Assembly (NCBI GenBank): GCA_047601445.1
Contig: JASGJH010000001.1
Span: forward strand, 7,712,001 to 7,776,000
Source: Myxococcales bacterium
Lineage (GTDB): Bacteria; Myxococcota_A; Polyangia; Polyangiales; DASUME01
Length of the DNA: 64,000 nucleotides
Direction: 5' to 3'
In this document: positions 54,590 through 64,000 of the stretch, in pieces
Position numbering within the stretch: position 1 is the first letter of the stretch
Layout of the letters: each line of letters begins with the position of its first letter
Notes under the pieces: generated by a model
The model's input: the letters and a program-made list of their open reading frames with translations, nothing else
Database searches by the model: none
Told to the model about the DNA's origin: nothing
Made by a program: the position numbers and the translations under genes

Positions 54590-55267
54590 ATGGCGGAAGC
54601 CCGCGTCTATCCTCCGAGTGAGCACAGGATCGCCGAAGCCCGGCGAGCCGGCCTCGCGCCGCGCACGAGCTTCGTGGCGCTGGCCGCGGGACTCGCCGTC
54701 GGGGGGCTCTGGTTCGAGTACTGGGGCGGCGCGCTGTTGCAGGGGCTGAGTCAGCTCTGGCGCGTCCAGCTCGCTGCCTTCGAGCGTGCCGAGGTCCCGG
54801 ACGCGGGCGCGGCGTTGCGGTCGCAGCTGCCGCAGCTCCTGTGGCCCCTCGCGTGCGCCTTCGTGGTGTATTTCGTGTTGGCTCTCGGTCTCTCCTTCGT
54901 GGCCCAGGGCAGCGCGCGCTTCTTGCCGATGCGCCGGCGCACGCGCGCGTTCCCGCCTGTGCCAGCACCGGCCAGTGGCAAGGCGCTATGGGTGCTCGCG
55001 GTGTTCCTGGCGAGCTTGGGCGCGCTCCATGAATGGGTTCGCGTGCGTCCCGACACGGCTCACTTGCTCGCGGCGCGCTGGTGGTTCCGACTCAGCGCGC
55101 TGGCCGCGCTCATCGGCGTCTTCGACGCGCTGCTCGCGCGCCTCGTGTTCGTGCGCGCGCTGTGGCTCACGCGTCGTGAGCACCTCGACGAGCAGCGCGA
55201 AGCCTACGGCGCGCCCGAGCTGCGCACCGCGCGCGCCCGGGCGCGACACGCGAGCGACGCCCCATGA
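54590..55267 (+). CDS. Truncated, degenerate SctU/FlhB-like export switch protein
   Basis: RVYPPSEHRIAEARRAGLAPRT (FlhB N-terminus-like), about 4 TM segments, LWLTRREHLDEQREAYGAPELR; ends before the NPTH site. Confidence 0.7.
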   Translation: MAEARVYPPSEHRIAEARRAGLAPRTSFVALAAGLAVGGLWFEYWGGALLQGLSQLWRVQLAAFERAEVPDAGAALRSQLPQLLWPLACAFVVYFVLALGLSFVAQGSARFLPMRRRTRAFPPVPAPASGKALWVLAVFLASLGALHEWVRVRPDTAHLLAARWWFRLSALAALIGVFDALLARLVFVRALWLTRREHLDEQREAYGAPELRTARARARHASDAP

Positions 55268-57570
55268 ACGAGCTGGAGCTCAGCGCGGCAACGCTGCCCA
55301 CCAAGAGCCATGGCTATGTCGAAGTGGCCCTGCCGGTTCCCCTGCGCAAGCTGTTCACCTACCGCGTGCCCGCGGGCTTGAACCTCACGCGCGGCATGCG
55401 CGTGGCGGTGCCGTTCTCGGGCCAGAAGCTGCCCGGCATCGTGATGGGGTCACGCGACGAGGCCCCGAGCGGCGTGAAGCGCGTACTCAGCGTGGCCGGC
55501 CTGTTCGAGCCCGAAGCGCTCTTTCCGGAGGAGCTCCTGCGCTTCCTCGAGCGTGCAGCAGACTACTACCTCGCACCGCTCGGTGAGGTCCTGAAAGCCG
55601 CCGCACCGGCGCTGCCCAAGGAGGCTTTTCGCGCGCTCAAGGCCAGCGGCTTCGTGGCCGACGAAGCCGAGCTCAAGGGCCGCCGCATGGCCACCCAGAC
55701 CACCTGGCGCGTCCGCAAGGTCCCCGAGGCCGTGGAGCCTGCGCGGCTCGGCGTGCGCCAGCGCGCGGCCCTGGCGCTGATCGAGGAGCGCGATCACATG
55801 TTGCTCAGCGAGCTCTCCCAGCTCCTGCCCAACGCCCGCGGCCTGGTGCGAGGACTGGTTGAGAAGGGCATCTTGAGCACCGAGGACGTGGAGGTCGTGA
55901 GCGACCCCTTCTTCTCCGCCAGCCTGCCCCGTGAAGAACCCTTCCGCGCCAACCCGGAGCAGCGCGCGGCCATCGATCGCCTTTCCAGCGCGCTGAGTCC
56001 CGAGACCAAGGGCACCTTCTTGCTCCATGGCGTCACCGGCTCCGGCAAGACCGAGGTCTACCTTCAGGTGGTGGCCGAGGCGCTCGCGCGCGGACTCGGC
56101 GCGCTCGTGCTGGTCCCCGAGATCGCGCTCACTCCCCAGCTCGTCGCTCGCTTCCGCGCACGCTTCGGCGAGGCCATCGCGGTGCTACACAGCGGGCTCG
56201 GCGATCGCGAGCGACACCAGGCCTGGCGCTCCCTGCGTCGCTCCGAGGTGCGGCTGGCCATCGGCGCACGCTCCGCCCTGTTCGCGCCCGTGCCCAACCT
56301 CGGTGTGGTCATCGTCGACGAAGAGCACGACCCCTCGTTCAAGCAGGAGGAGGGCTTCCGCTACAACGCGCGCGACATGGCGATGCTGCGAGCGCACATG
56401 GCTTCGGCAGTCTGCATCCTGGGCAGCGCCACGCCGTCCCTCGAGAGCTACTACCTGAGCGAGCGAAAGCGCGTCGAGCGCCTGGTGCTCAAGGAGCGCG
56501 CCCAAAGGCAGCTCATGCCCGAGGTCGAGGTCGTCGACCTCGCGCGCAACCAGGGGCTCGGGCCCACCGGCAACCCCCTGATCAGCGCCCCGTTGTACCG
56601 CGCCCTTGAGCGCTGCCTGAGCGCGGGCGATCAGGCCATCCTGTTCCTCAATCGTCGCGGCTTCGCGCCGAGCCTGCACTGCGCGAGCTGCGCCAAGCCG
56701 CTCAGCTGCCCGGCCTGCAGCGTGACGCTCACGGAGCACAAGCGGGCCGGTGCCCTGCGCTGCCACTACTGTGATTTCGCGATGCCCCTCACGCAGGCAT
56801 GTCCGAGCTGCGGGGCCCTATCGCTCGAGCGTGTGGGCGTGGGCACCGAGCGCATCGAGGAGGGACTCGAGCAGGCCTTCCCGCAGGCACGTATCGGACG
56901 CCTCGATCGCGACACGGCCTCGGGCAGCGGCGTGGAGGAAGTGCTCGCCAAGATGCGCGCGCGCGAGCTCGACGTGTTGGTGGGCACCCAGATGGTCACC
57001 AAGGGACACGACTTGCCGAGCGTGACCTTGGTGGGTGTGCTGCTCGCCGATCAGAGCCTGGCGTTCCCGGACTTCCGCGCCGCCGAGCGTACCTTCCAGC
57101 TCTTGGCCCAGGTTGCGGGTCGTGCCGGCCGCGGTGATCGCCCAGGGCGCGTGCTCTTGCAGACCTACCAGCCCAATCACTTCGCGGTGCGCTACGCCCT
57201 CCACCACGACTATCGCGGCTTCTACGATGAGGAGATCGCCGCCCGTGCGGAGCTGGGTTACGTGCCCCTCTCGCGTCTGGTGGCGGTGCGGGCCGACGCA
57301 GGCGACGAGGACGTGGTGCGCGGCGTGATGCGGGAGCTAGCGCTGGCGGCTTCGGCCACGCCGGAGGTTCGGGCGGGCAGGGTGCAGCTCTTGGGTCCGG
57401 CGCCCGCGCCCATCGCGCGCCTCAGGGGCCGCTATCGCATGCGCTTCCTGCTACGCGGCCGGGTGCGCGAGGACGTGCGCAAGGTCGCGGAAGCCGTGGT
57501 GTCTCGCATCGAAGCGGGCATTGCCCCGGCCCGCGCTAGCGTCGACGTCGATCCGGTCTCCATGATGTAG
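55264..57570 (+). CDS. priA: Primosomal replication-restart helicase
   Basis: LLHGVTGSGKTEVY, LVPEIALTPQ, DEEHD, LGSATPSLES, four CxxC pairs, QVAGRAGR, DVDP. Confidence 0.97.
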   Translation: MNELELSAATLPTKSHGYVEVALPVPLRKLFTYRVPAGLNLTRGMRVAVPFSGQKLPGIVMGSRDEAPSGVKRVLSVAGLFEPEALFPEELLRFLERAADYYLAPLGEVLKAAAPALPKEAFRALKASGFVADEAELKGRRMATQTTWRVRKVPEAVEPARLGVRQRAALALIEERDHMLLSELSQLLPNARGLVRGLVEKGILSTEDVEVVSDPFFSASLPREEPFRANPEQRAAIDRLSSALSPETKGTFLLHGVTGSGKTEVYLQVVAEALARGLGALVLVPEIALTPQLVARFRARFGEAIAVLHSGLGDRERHQAWRSLRRSEVRLAIGARSALFAPVPNLGVVIVDEEHDPSFKQEEGFRYNARDMAMLRAHMASAVCILGSATPSLESYYLSERKRVERLVLKERAQRQLMPEVEVVDLARNQGLGPTGNPLISAPLYRALERCLSAGDQAILFLNRRGFAPSLHCASCAKPLSCPACSVTLTEHKRAGALRCHYCDFAMPLTQACPSCGALSLERVGVGTERIEEGLEQAFPQARIGRLDRDTASGSGVEEVLAKMRARELDVLVGTQMVTKGHDLPSVTLVGVLLADQSLAFPDFRAAERTFQLLAQVAGRAGRGDRPGRVLLQTYQPNHFAVRYALHHDYRGFYDEEIAARAELGYVPLSRLVAVRADAGDEDVVRGVMRELALAASATPEVRAGRVQLLGPAPAPIARLRGRYRMRFLLRGRVREDVRKVAEAVVSRIEAGIAPARASVDVDPVSMM

Positions 57571-57676
57571 CCGACCTGTCGCCGATTCTTCTGTTTTGTC
57601 GCACACTTGTGGGCTGGCTGTCGGTCGCCCTGTGCTTGCGACCAGCGTTCAATGGTGGTACATGTGGCCGTTGACC

Positions 57677-58195
57677 ATGGCCATTCGAAGAATCCTCCAC
57701 TACCCCGACAAGCGGCTGCGCATTCCGGCTGAGCCCGTGACGGACTTCGGACCCGAGCTCCAGACGCTCGTGGACGACATGGCCGAGACCATGTACGCGG
57801 CCCCAGGTGTCGGCCTGGCCGCTCCCCAAATCGGCGTCTCCAAGCGCCTGTTCATCATCGACATCTCCAGCGGCGACGGTCCCACGGACCTGCGCGTCTT
57901 CATCAACCCCACCATCGTGAAGACGGAGGGGGAGGTTGGCTGGGAAGAGGGCTGCCTGTCGTTCCCCGGGGTGCACCAGGAGATCCAGCGCGCCGAGCGC
58001 GTGAAGGTGAAAGCCCAGGATCGCCACGGGAACTGGTTCGAGCTCGAGACCAACGAGCTGATGGCCATCGCCGTGCAGCACGAGAACGATCACATCGAAG
58101 GTCGCCTGATGATCGACCACTTGAGCCCGCTCAAGCGTCGCATCGTGCACCGCGCCATGCAGAAGCGCGCCAACCAAGGCGCGGCCGCCGAATAG
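57677..58195 (+). CDS. def: Peptide deformylase
   Basis: GVGLAAPQIG, EGCLS, QHENDH. Confidence 0.96.
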   Translation: MAIRRILHYPDKRLRIPAEPVTDFGPELQTLVDDMAETMYAAPGVGLAAPQIGVSKRLFIIDISSGDGPTDLRVFINPTIVKTEGEVGWEEGCLSFPGVHQEIQRAERVKVKAQDRHGNWFELETNELMAIAVQHENDHIEGRLMIDHLSPLKRRIVHRAMQKRANQGAAAE

Positions 58196-58286
58196 CCACC
58201 ATCCAGTCAGGTGCCCGTGGGCACCTGGGCCCGCCGAGCACGCGGCCAGTGCGCCGAGCGTGCAGGCGCAGCGATCCGGAGCACAC

Positions 58287-59258
58287 ATGACGTCCGTTTC
58301 CCCTCGCAAGCCGCGCGCTGCGTTCATGGGTACGCCCGATTTCGCGGTCCCCTGTCTGGAAGCGCTGCTCGATGTGGCCGACGTGCCGCTGGTGGTCACG
58401 CAGCCCGACAAGGCTCAAGGCCGTGGCCTCGAGCTCGCACCGCCGCCCGTCAAGCTGCTGGCGCAGTCTCGCGGCATCCCGGTTTTTCAGCCGCTCAAGG
58501 CGCGCGACGGCGCGCTGCGCGATCGACTGCGTGAGCTCGACTTGGACTTCGCGCTGGTGGTTGCCTACGGGAAGATCCTGCCCCAGGACGTGTTGGACGC
58601 CCCGCGCCTCGGCTGCCTCAACGTGCACGGCTCGCTGCTACCGCGTTGGCGTGGCGCGGCCCCCATCCAGTGGTCCGTCGTGAGCGGAGATCGCGAGACG
58701 GGCGTCTGCCTGATGCAGATGGACGCGGGCATGGATACGGGGCCGGTGCTGCTGCGGGAAGTCGTGGCCATTGCTCCGAGCGAGACGGGCGGCGAGCTCT
58801 TCGAGCGCTTGTCGAAGCTGTCCGGGGAGCTCGTGCGGAACTCGATCCCGCGCTTCATGGCAGGCGAGCTCCTGCCCGAAGCCCAGAGTACGGAGGGGGT
58901 AACCCACGCGCGCATGATCGAGAAGTCCGACGGTGCCCTCGACTTCTCGCACAGTGCCCAGGCGGTACACGACCGGGCGCGCGGGTTCTATCCCTGGCCT
59001 GGTGCCTACACCGCGCTGGCTGGAAAGCGCATCAAGATCCATCGCACCGAGGTGGCGCGCAGCGAGGGGAGTCCGGCTGAGCCGGGCACCGTGTTGGTCG
59101 CTGACGCGAGCGGCATCGAGGTGGCTTGTGCCCAGGGCACGGTGCGCTTGCTCGAGCTGCAGCCCGAGGGCAAGAAGCGGATGGCTGCGGCGGCCTTCCT
59201 TGCGGGTCATCCCATTCCCAAGGGCGCACGCTTCGCGAACCACCAGGAACTCCTATGA
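58287..59258 (+). CDS. fmt: Methionyl-tRNA formyltransferase
   Basis: FMGTPDFA, VVTQPD, NVHGSLLPRWRGAAPIQ, MDAGMDTG. Confidence 0.96.
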   Translation: MTSVSPRKPRAAFMGTPDFAVPCLEALLDVADVPLVVTQPDKAQGRGLELAPPPVKLLAQSRGIPVFQPLKARDGALRDRLRELDLDFALVVAYGKILPQDVLDAPRLGCLNVHGSLLPRWRGAAPIQWSVVSGDRETGVCLMQMDAGMDTGPVLLREVVAIAPSETGGELFERLSKLSGELVRNSIPRFMAGELLPEAQSTEGVTHARMIEKSDGALDFSHSAQAVHDRARGFYPWPGAYTALAGKRIKIHRTEVARSEGSPAEPGTVLVADASGIEVACAQGTVRLLELQPEGKKRMAAAAFLAGHPIPKGARFANHQELL

Positions 59259-59815
59259 AGATCTACACCAAGACCGGGGACCGAGGAGACACGGGGTTGT
59301 TCGGGGGCGCGCGCGTCTCCAAGTCCAGCCTGCGCGTGGAAGCGTACGGCGAGATCGACGAGCTCAACAGCGTGGTCGGCTTGGTCCGCACGGAGCCCTT
59401 CGACGCCGACGTGGACGCGCTCTTGGCACTCGTGCAGAGCCGCTTGTTCGACCTCGGGGCGGAGCTCGCCACGGCGCCGGACAGCAAGGTGGCCCTGGGC
59501 ATTCCCCTGGTGAGCGAGTCCGAGGTCGAGCGCCTCGAGCAAGCCATCGATCAGGCCGAGACGGAGCTCGCGCCGCTGAAGACCTTCGTGCTGCCGGGGG
59601 GCTCACGCGCCGCCGCGTACCTGCACCTGGCCCGCACGGTGTGTCGCCGCGCCGAGCGCAAGCTGGTGCTGCTCGCGCAGTCCGAGCCGGTGCGAGAGCT
59701 GTGCATCCACTACGTGAACCGCTTGAGCGACACCTTCTTCGTACTGGCGCGCCTGGCCAACCACCGCGCAGGCATCGCGGACGTGCCGTGGGTTGGCGCG
59801 GGTCGCAACGCTTAG
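59255..59815 (+). CDS. PduO-type ATP:cob(I)alamin adenosyltransferase
   Basis: MKIYTKTGDRGDTGL, AYGEIDELNS, FVLPGG, ARTVCRRAER, YVNRLSD. Confidence 0.93.
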   Translation: MKIYTKTGDRGDTGLFGGARVSKSSLRVEAYGEIDELNSVVGLVRTEPFDADVDALLALVQSRLFDLGAELATAPDSKVALGIPLVSESEVERLEQAIDQAETELAPLKTFVLPGGSRAAAYLHLARTVCRRAERKLVLLAQSEPVRELCIHYVNRLSDTFFVLARLANHRAGIADVPWVGAGRNA

Positions 59816-59823
59816 GCGCGCGT

Positions 59824-59853
59824 AAAAAAGGCGCCGGGAGTAAACCCGACGCC
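59824..59853 (-). terminator. Intrinsic terminator downstream of the 6S RNA
   Basis: Minus strand GGCGTCGGG-TTTACT-CCCGGCGCC followed by TTTTTT. Confidence 0.8.
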
Positions 59854-59864
59854 GAAAATAAAGA

Positions 59865-60055
59865 GGTTCTTACCGCTAGAACGTGGGCAGAAACTGTGAA
59901 CCCCTAGCGATTGCTAGGTGGGCGTGGGTGTCGCTTGCTTCAGGCTTCCCGGAGAAGTTCGCCGGGCGTGCACACCGCAATCGAGATTCACTCCCGAGTT
60001 CAATGCTTGTAAGGGATTCTTTCGCTTCCGTTCCCACGTGTCCTGCAGAGGAACC
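59865..60055 (-). ncRNA. ssrS: 6S RNA
   Basis: About 190 nt rod: 5' GGTTC..ACGTGGG..CGGAAGC pairs with 3' GTTTCTGCCCACGT..GAACC; internal TTGAAC, GGTGTGCACG, CGGGAAGCC, CCCACCT..GGTTCA elements as recalled for deltaproteobacterial 6S; own promoter and terminator. Confidence 0.85.
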
Positions 60056-60064
60056 ACGACTCTC

Positions 60065-60093
60065 AACCTAAGCGCCCCGATCGATCGGGTCAA
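60065..60093 (-). promoter_or_regulatory. Sigma70-type promoter of the 6S RNA
   Basis: TTGACC-N17-TAGGTT ending about 10 nt upstream of the predicted terminal stem. Confidence 0.75.
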
Positions 60094-60121
60094 GCGCGCC
60101 CGAGCGATTGCGCGAGCAGGA

Positions 60122-61858
60122 CTACCCTTTGGCTGGAGTGGCCTTGAGCGCTGCTTTTCCGGCCTTGACATAGACAGAAAAGCGGACGTCTTTGGTATCC
60201 GGACGCGAGGCGAGAATCTGGTCGCGGTTCTTGCGCAGGGTGACGACGAACTTTTCGAACGCGAGCTCTGCGGTGGTTTCGCCGCACTGCCTACGAACTT
60301 CGACGTACTGCGCGAAGACCTCCCGATAGTGCCCCTCGTCCTCGCGTGTGGCCTCACGCAACTCCTCGGAAATGTCGGACATCACCGTGGCCTCGTCGTT
60401 TTGGCTCGAGGCTGCTGCGGGCGTTTGCATCGGCGTGAAGCCGCGCGCTGGTGCGCCACCATTCGAAGGACGTGCGGGTGCGGGCGCAGGGGCGGGCGGC
60501 GGCGGAAGCTTGGGGCCCGAGGGCTGCGGCATCGCGGCGCGCACGGGCGCGATGTTGTTGTGCGACGGAGTCTTGGGTGCGGGCATCGGCATGGGAGCCG
60601 GCATGGCCATCGGCTGCGGCGTGCTGCGCGCGGCGCCGTCGTCGCTGCCAAAGCTGAAGGCAGAGCTGGTCAGCGCCTCGGGCGTGGGGCCCAGGAGCTG
60701 ATCGAGGTTGGCCTTCTGCTGGCGGGACTTGCCGCCGCCCTTCTCGAGCAACACCAGGATGCCCTTGTGCACGCCCTCGCCAATCTTGCGGTGGGCCTTG
60801 CTCAGGGCGGCGAGGTCGAGCTCTTCGGTCTGGCCGGCCGCCAGCTTGTCGACTTCCCTCTGGAACAGAGCCAGCGGACGGTCGCGCTCCAGGTACATGA
60901 TGCCCATGCCGATGGCGAAGAGGAGCACCAGCGCGCCCACCAGCGCCGCCGTGGGCAGCGCGTTCATGTCTTCCTTGGTGGCCTGGTCGAAGATGGCCCA
61001 GGGGCTCGGCATGGTGGGGTAGGGGCGTGCGATGGCGTAGCCGACCTGGGCCGCCGAGGCGCTGCCCGCCACGAGTGAGAACACGGCGCGCCCCTTGCCG
61101 CCGAGGTCGAAGGCCTCGGTGCGTTCGCCCTTCTTGAGGCGCTCATCCGTCAGCACGTTGGCCAAGAGGGGCGCGAGCTCCGCTTGGGTCGGTGCACCGG
61201 GTACGTCGGCCGGGACGTAGCTCGAGACCATCTGGTCGCGCAGGAAGAAGCCCACCGTGGCGCCGCCCAGACGCTCGCTCAGGCGTTGCGCGAGCGTGCC
61301 GTCGAGCTTTTGACCGTGGATGAGGGCGCCCACGTACTGGCCGCGGTCCACGATCGGGCGTGCCGCCATGCGGTACACGGCGCCGTCGTAGATCCACACG
61401 TCGTCCCCGAGGAAACCGCCCAGGGCCTGTTCCACCAGCGGCACCTTGCCGAGACCGGCGCCAGCACGCGCCGGCTTCTTGCCCTCTTGGGCCAAGATCA
61501 CGCCCTGGTTGTCCACGGCGATCATGATGTCGGCGCGCAGCTCCTCGAGCTGCTGGTTCATGGTGCGCAGGCGGTCCTTGAGGGCCTTGGGGCCGTCCTG
61601 ACCGTCGACCTTGTCTTTGCCCTTGGTCCGCACGGCTTCGCGCACCGTGCCGTCGGCGGCGATCGGCGCCAGGGCGTCGATGCGGGCGCGTGCGTCGAGC
61701 TTCATCAAGGACTCGAGCTCGAAACGGTCGCGACGCAGCCCCTCGTCGGCATGGACGATCTCGCCGCGGTTGAACATTCCGCGTGCGAGGAGGGCGGTCG
61801 AGAGACCGAGGATGGCGGCAACCGCCAAGAGGAGAACCCAGAATCGTGAAAGCAGCAT
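60122..61858 (-). CDS. MXAN_5187-family membrane protein
   Basis: TM, Cache-like periplasmic region, TM, Pro-rich linker, C-terminal VF.QYV..RRQCGE..FEKF..LRKNR..VRFSVYVKAGKAALKATP. Confidence 0.8.
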   Translation of the reverse strand: MLLSRFWVLLLAVAAILGLSTALLARGMFNRGEIVHADEGLRRDRFELESLMKLDARARIDALAPIAADGTVREAVRTKGKDKVDGQDGPKALKDRLRTMNQQLEELRADIMIAVDNQGVILAQEGKKPARAGAGLGKVPLVEQALGGFLGDDVWIYDGAVYRMAARPIVDRGQYVGALIHGQKLDGTLAQRLSERLGGATVGFFLRDQMVSSYVPADVPGAPTQAELAPLLANVLTDERLKKGERTEAFDLGGKGRAVFSLVAGSASAAQVGYAIARPYPTMPSPWAIFDQATKEDMNALPTAALVGALVLLFAIGMGIMYLERDRPLALFQREVDKLAAGQTEELDLAALSKAHRKIGEGVHKGILVLLEKGGGKSRQQKANLDQLLGPTPEALTSSAFSFGSDDGAARSTPQPMAMPAPMPMPAPKTPSHNNIAPVRAAMPQPSGPKLPPPPAPAPAPARPSNGGAPARGFTPMQTPAAASSQNDEATVMSDISEELREATREDEGHYREVFAQYVEVRRQCGETTAELAFEKFVVTLRKNRDQILASRPDTKDVRFSVYVKAGKAALKATPAKG

Positions 61859-61872
61859 CGGAGTCCTGCCTC

Positions 61873-62562
61873 TTACTTTCCGTTTACTTCGACGCTGATG
61901 GGATCGATCACGAACTCACGCTTGTCGGCGACTTCGAGCGTCGTGGAGCTGACCTCGGCGCCACCGCGAAACACCTTGAGCGTGTAGTTGCCCGGCGCGA
62001 CGTCCTCGAATTTGAAGGTGCCGTCGCTCTGAGGATTGGCCAGCTTGCTGATCTTCGGCAGCACGTGCAGATGGCCTTTTACGTAGGGAGCCAGTCGGTC
62101 GAGGATGGGAAAGCTACCCTCTTGATCCACCTGGAGTTGGCGGGCCTGGCCGGCGCTGGTCTCCACGGCGTCGAACTGGGAGAGACCTTCGGCGAAGAGT
62201 TGATGGGTGAAGTCGTCGTCGTTGCGCACGCGCAGCGCGCTGCCCTTCTGCATCACCACGGTGCTCGGGGACAGCGTCCCATCCTGCATCGTCACGGTGA
62301 CGGCGTCTTTCATCGCTTCGTCCCCGATCAGCACCACGGCCACCTCGCGGCTCAGATCGGCGCTGCTCTTCTTGGGCTCGATGAACCCGTTCCACTCGTG
62401 CCAGTAGGGGCCACGCACGGTCTCGACCGCCTTCGGCTTCGAGTCGCCGCCCTTCACGCTCCCGCGTACGTCGACGGCCAATGCATGGGCCGACATCAAG
62501 GCCGCGCCGCATACCGCGAGCCCGAGTACGCCGAGTCCCACAGCTCGATTGTCTCTTTTCAT
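61873..62562 (-). CDS. Exported cupredoxin-like/carboxypeptidase-regulatory-like protein
   Basis: Signal peptide, VRNDDDFTHQL, DGTFKFEDVAPGNYTLKVF. Confidence 0.65.
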   Translation of the reverse strand: MKRDNRAVGLGVLGLAVCGAALMSAHALAVDVRGSVKGGDSKPKAVETVRGPYWHEWNGFIEPKKSSADLSREVAVVLIGDEAMKDAVTVTMQDGTLSPSTVVMQKGSALRVRNDDDFTHQLFAEGLSQFDAVETSAGQARQLQVDQEGSFPILDRLAPYVKGHLHVLPKISKLANPQSDGTFKFEDVAPGNYTLKVFRGGAEVSSTTLEVADKREFVIDPISVEVNGK

Positions 62563-62690
62563 GCAACCCCTAAGTCGAGGCACGCCGATGCGCGCGCCAG
62601 CAAAGCCCCTCGGAGGTGGCGACCGGCCCACCTCAGGTGTGTGACGAGATGGCCACACGCGGCGAAATTAGTGGATCTGAAAGCGCGAGG

Positions 62691-63836
62691 TCAATCGGCG
62701 CCGACTGGGGGTGGGGCGTAATAGTCGACGACCTCGATTGGGTTCGCGAGCCGCGCGCGCACCAGCGTACGTCGTCCGACTACATCTCCGCCCACCTGCA
62801 GGGCCATCGGGGTCTCGTAGTGAATGGAGATGTTCTCGCAGAGGAAATCGTGAACGGTGCGTTCATTGCGGTATTTACCGCGCCAAATCGACCCGATGTT
62901 GGCCGCCACCTCCACCGAGGTCACGTCGCATACCCGCAGGGCGAAGCGGTCGTCGCGCTCGTCGGCGAAGGGGAAGATGCGGGCCCCGAAGCCCCAGTAA
63001 GGGATGGTGGACATGGCCACGAGGCGGGATGGACCGTCGTAGAGGATGGCCCCCTGAGGATGCTCACTCACGGGGCGATCGTCGGGGCCCAGGCGGACGC
63101 AGGGGGACCCCTCGTTGACGATGCGGACCCACGGATGACTGCGCAGTAAGAATTCGGGCAGGCTGCGCCCGAGGGTCGAGATCATGTAAGCAGCTGGGCC
63201 GGTGGCGAAGGGGCGGGTCAGGGGCGAGAGTGAGAGCGTCCGCTTCGTCTCGTTGTAGTGCTCCAGGCAAATGGCATCGATTCCCAGCCCCGCAAAGGGC
63301 GTCAGCGAGCCCTCCACGTCGAGCAGGCGCAGGGTGCTGCGACCCCCTTCGGTGGCGATGCGCTTGAGGTCGGAGACGACTCCGGGCCGCCCCTTGCCCG
63401 CCTGGTTGCCGAGCACCCAGGCCAGCGCGTTGCCGGTGCCGAGCTTGAGCATGCCGAAGCGCGGCGGGTGGCGGCCGAGCTCCTGGGAGGCCCGCACGAT
63501 GAGGGTCACCATCAGCACGAAGGTGCCGTCGCCGCCCCCCGTGAGCACCGTGCGATAGCCGGCCTGGACAATGGCGCGCGCGATGGGCTCGGCCTCCTCC
63601 AGGCTGCGTGAGACGAACAGGTCCCCGGGATGGACGACGCGCTCGAGCTGCCCGACCAGGGCCTCCGTGACCCGGCGCGCGTTGCCGTTGATCACCACCG
63701 CTACGCGCTCGACAGGTGCTCGCCGCGCAGCGTCCATCGGTGGAGCGTCGAGGGACAGCCCACGCTCAGGCGTGGAGCCGACCGATTCGGGCGTCGTCGT
63801 CACGTTGGAGAGGTAGGCGCGTCGGTCGGGCGGCAT
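62691..63836 (-). CDS. Diacylglycerol kinase (DAGK/YegS) family protein
   Basis: VVINGNA, GGGDGT, LGTGNALA, AGLGIDA, QVGGD; true start may be downstream. Confidence 0.85.
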   Translation of the reverse strand: MPPDRRAYLSNVTTTPESVGSTPERGLSLDAPPMDAARRAPVERVAVVINGNARRVTEALVGQLERVVHPGDLFVSRSLEEAEPIARAIVQAGYRTVLTGGGDGTFVLMVTLIVRASQELGRHPPRFGMLKLGTGNALAWVLGNQAGKGRPGVVSDLKRIATEGGRSTLRLLDVEGSLTPFAGLGIDAICLEHYNETKRTLSLSPLTRPFATGPAAYMISTLGRSLPEFLLRSHPWVRIVNEGSPCVRLGPDDRPVSEHPQGAILYDGPSRLVAMSTIPYWGFGARIFPFADERDDRFALRVCDVTSVEVAANIGSIWRGKYRNERTVHDFLCENISIHYETPMALQVGGDVVGRRTLVRARLANPIEVVDYYAPPPVGAD

Positions 63837-63908
63837 CGTGGGAGCTGCCGCTGGGACAGCGCTGGGAGCCTAACTTGCGACCCGATGAGACGCTGCTTTT
63901 TCGCGCGG

Positions 63909-63991
<83 letters not shown>

Positions 63992-64000
63992 GGGCTGTAA

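Noticed and set aside
59865..60055. Cobalamin riboswitch next to the PduO-type gene
   Set aside because: It lies downstream and antisense of that gene, lacks a recognisable B12 box, and fits 6S RNA better

Overview
High-GC chromosomal segment of a myxobacterium, probably Polyangiales-like (inferred from an MXAN_5187-family gene, Cys-rich lipoproteins and many hybrid kinases). Core genes: mreBCD-mrdA, leuA-leuB, gor, cysQ, mrp/apbC, priA-def-fmt-pduO, a 6S RNA with its own sigma70-type promoter and terminator, and tRNA-Leu(CAA). No prophage, transposase, integrase or CRISPR array is visible. Most notable: (1) a three-gene module of a small exported peptide with three CCK heptads, an ECF sigma factor and a Cys-bearing NrsF-like membrane protein (candidate metal/redox sensing-and-buffering system); (2) an actinobacterial-type crtT-crtU-crtV aromatic carotenoid cassette; (3) three copies of an 80-120 bp multi-hairpin intergenic repeat; (4) a DUF2760-Hsp70-Hsp70(DUF3731) triad upstream of an FHA-fused degenerate CpaF/TadA ATPase; (5) an ERG2/sigma-1-receptor homolog, an RCCR/bilin-reductase-like protein and a truncated SctU/FlhB homolog; (6) a His-rich secreted micropeptide behind a sigma54-type promoter. 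All assignments come from motif recognition by eye; no searches were run.
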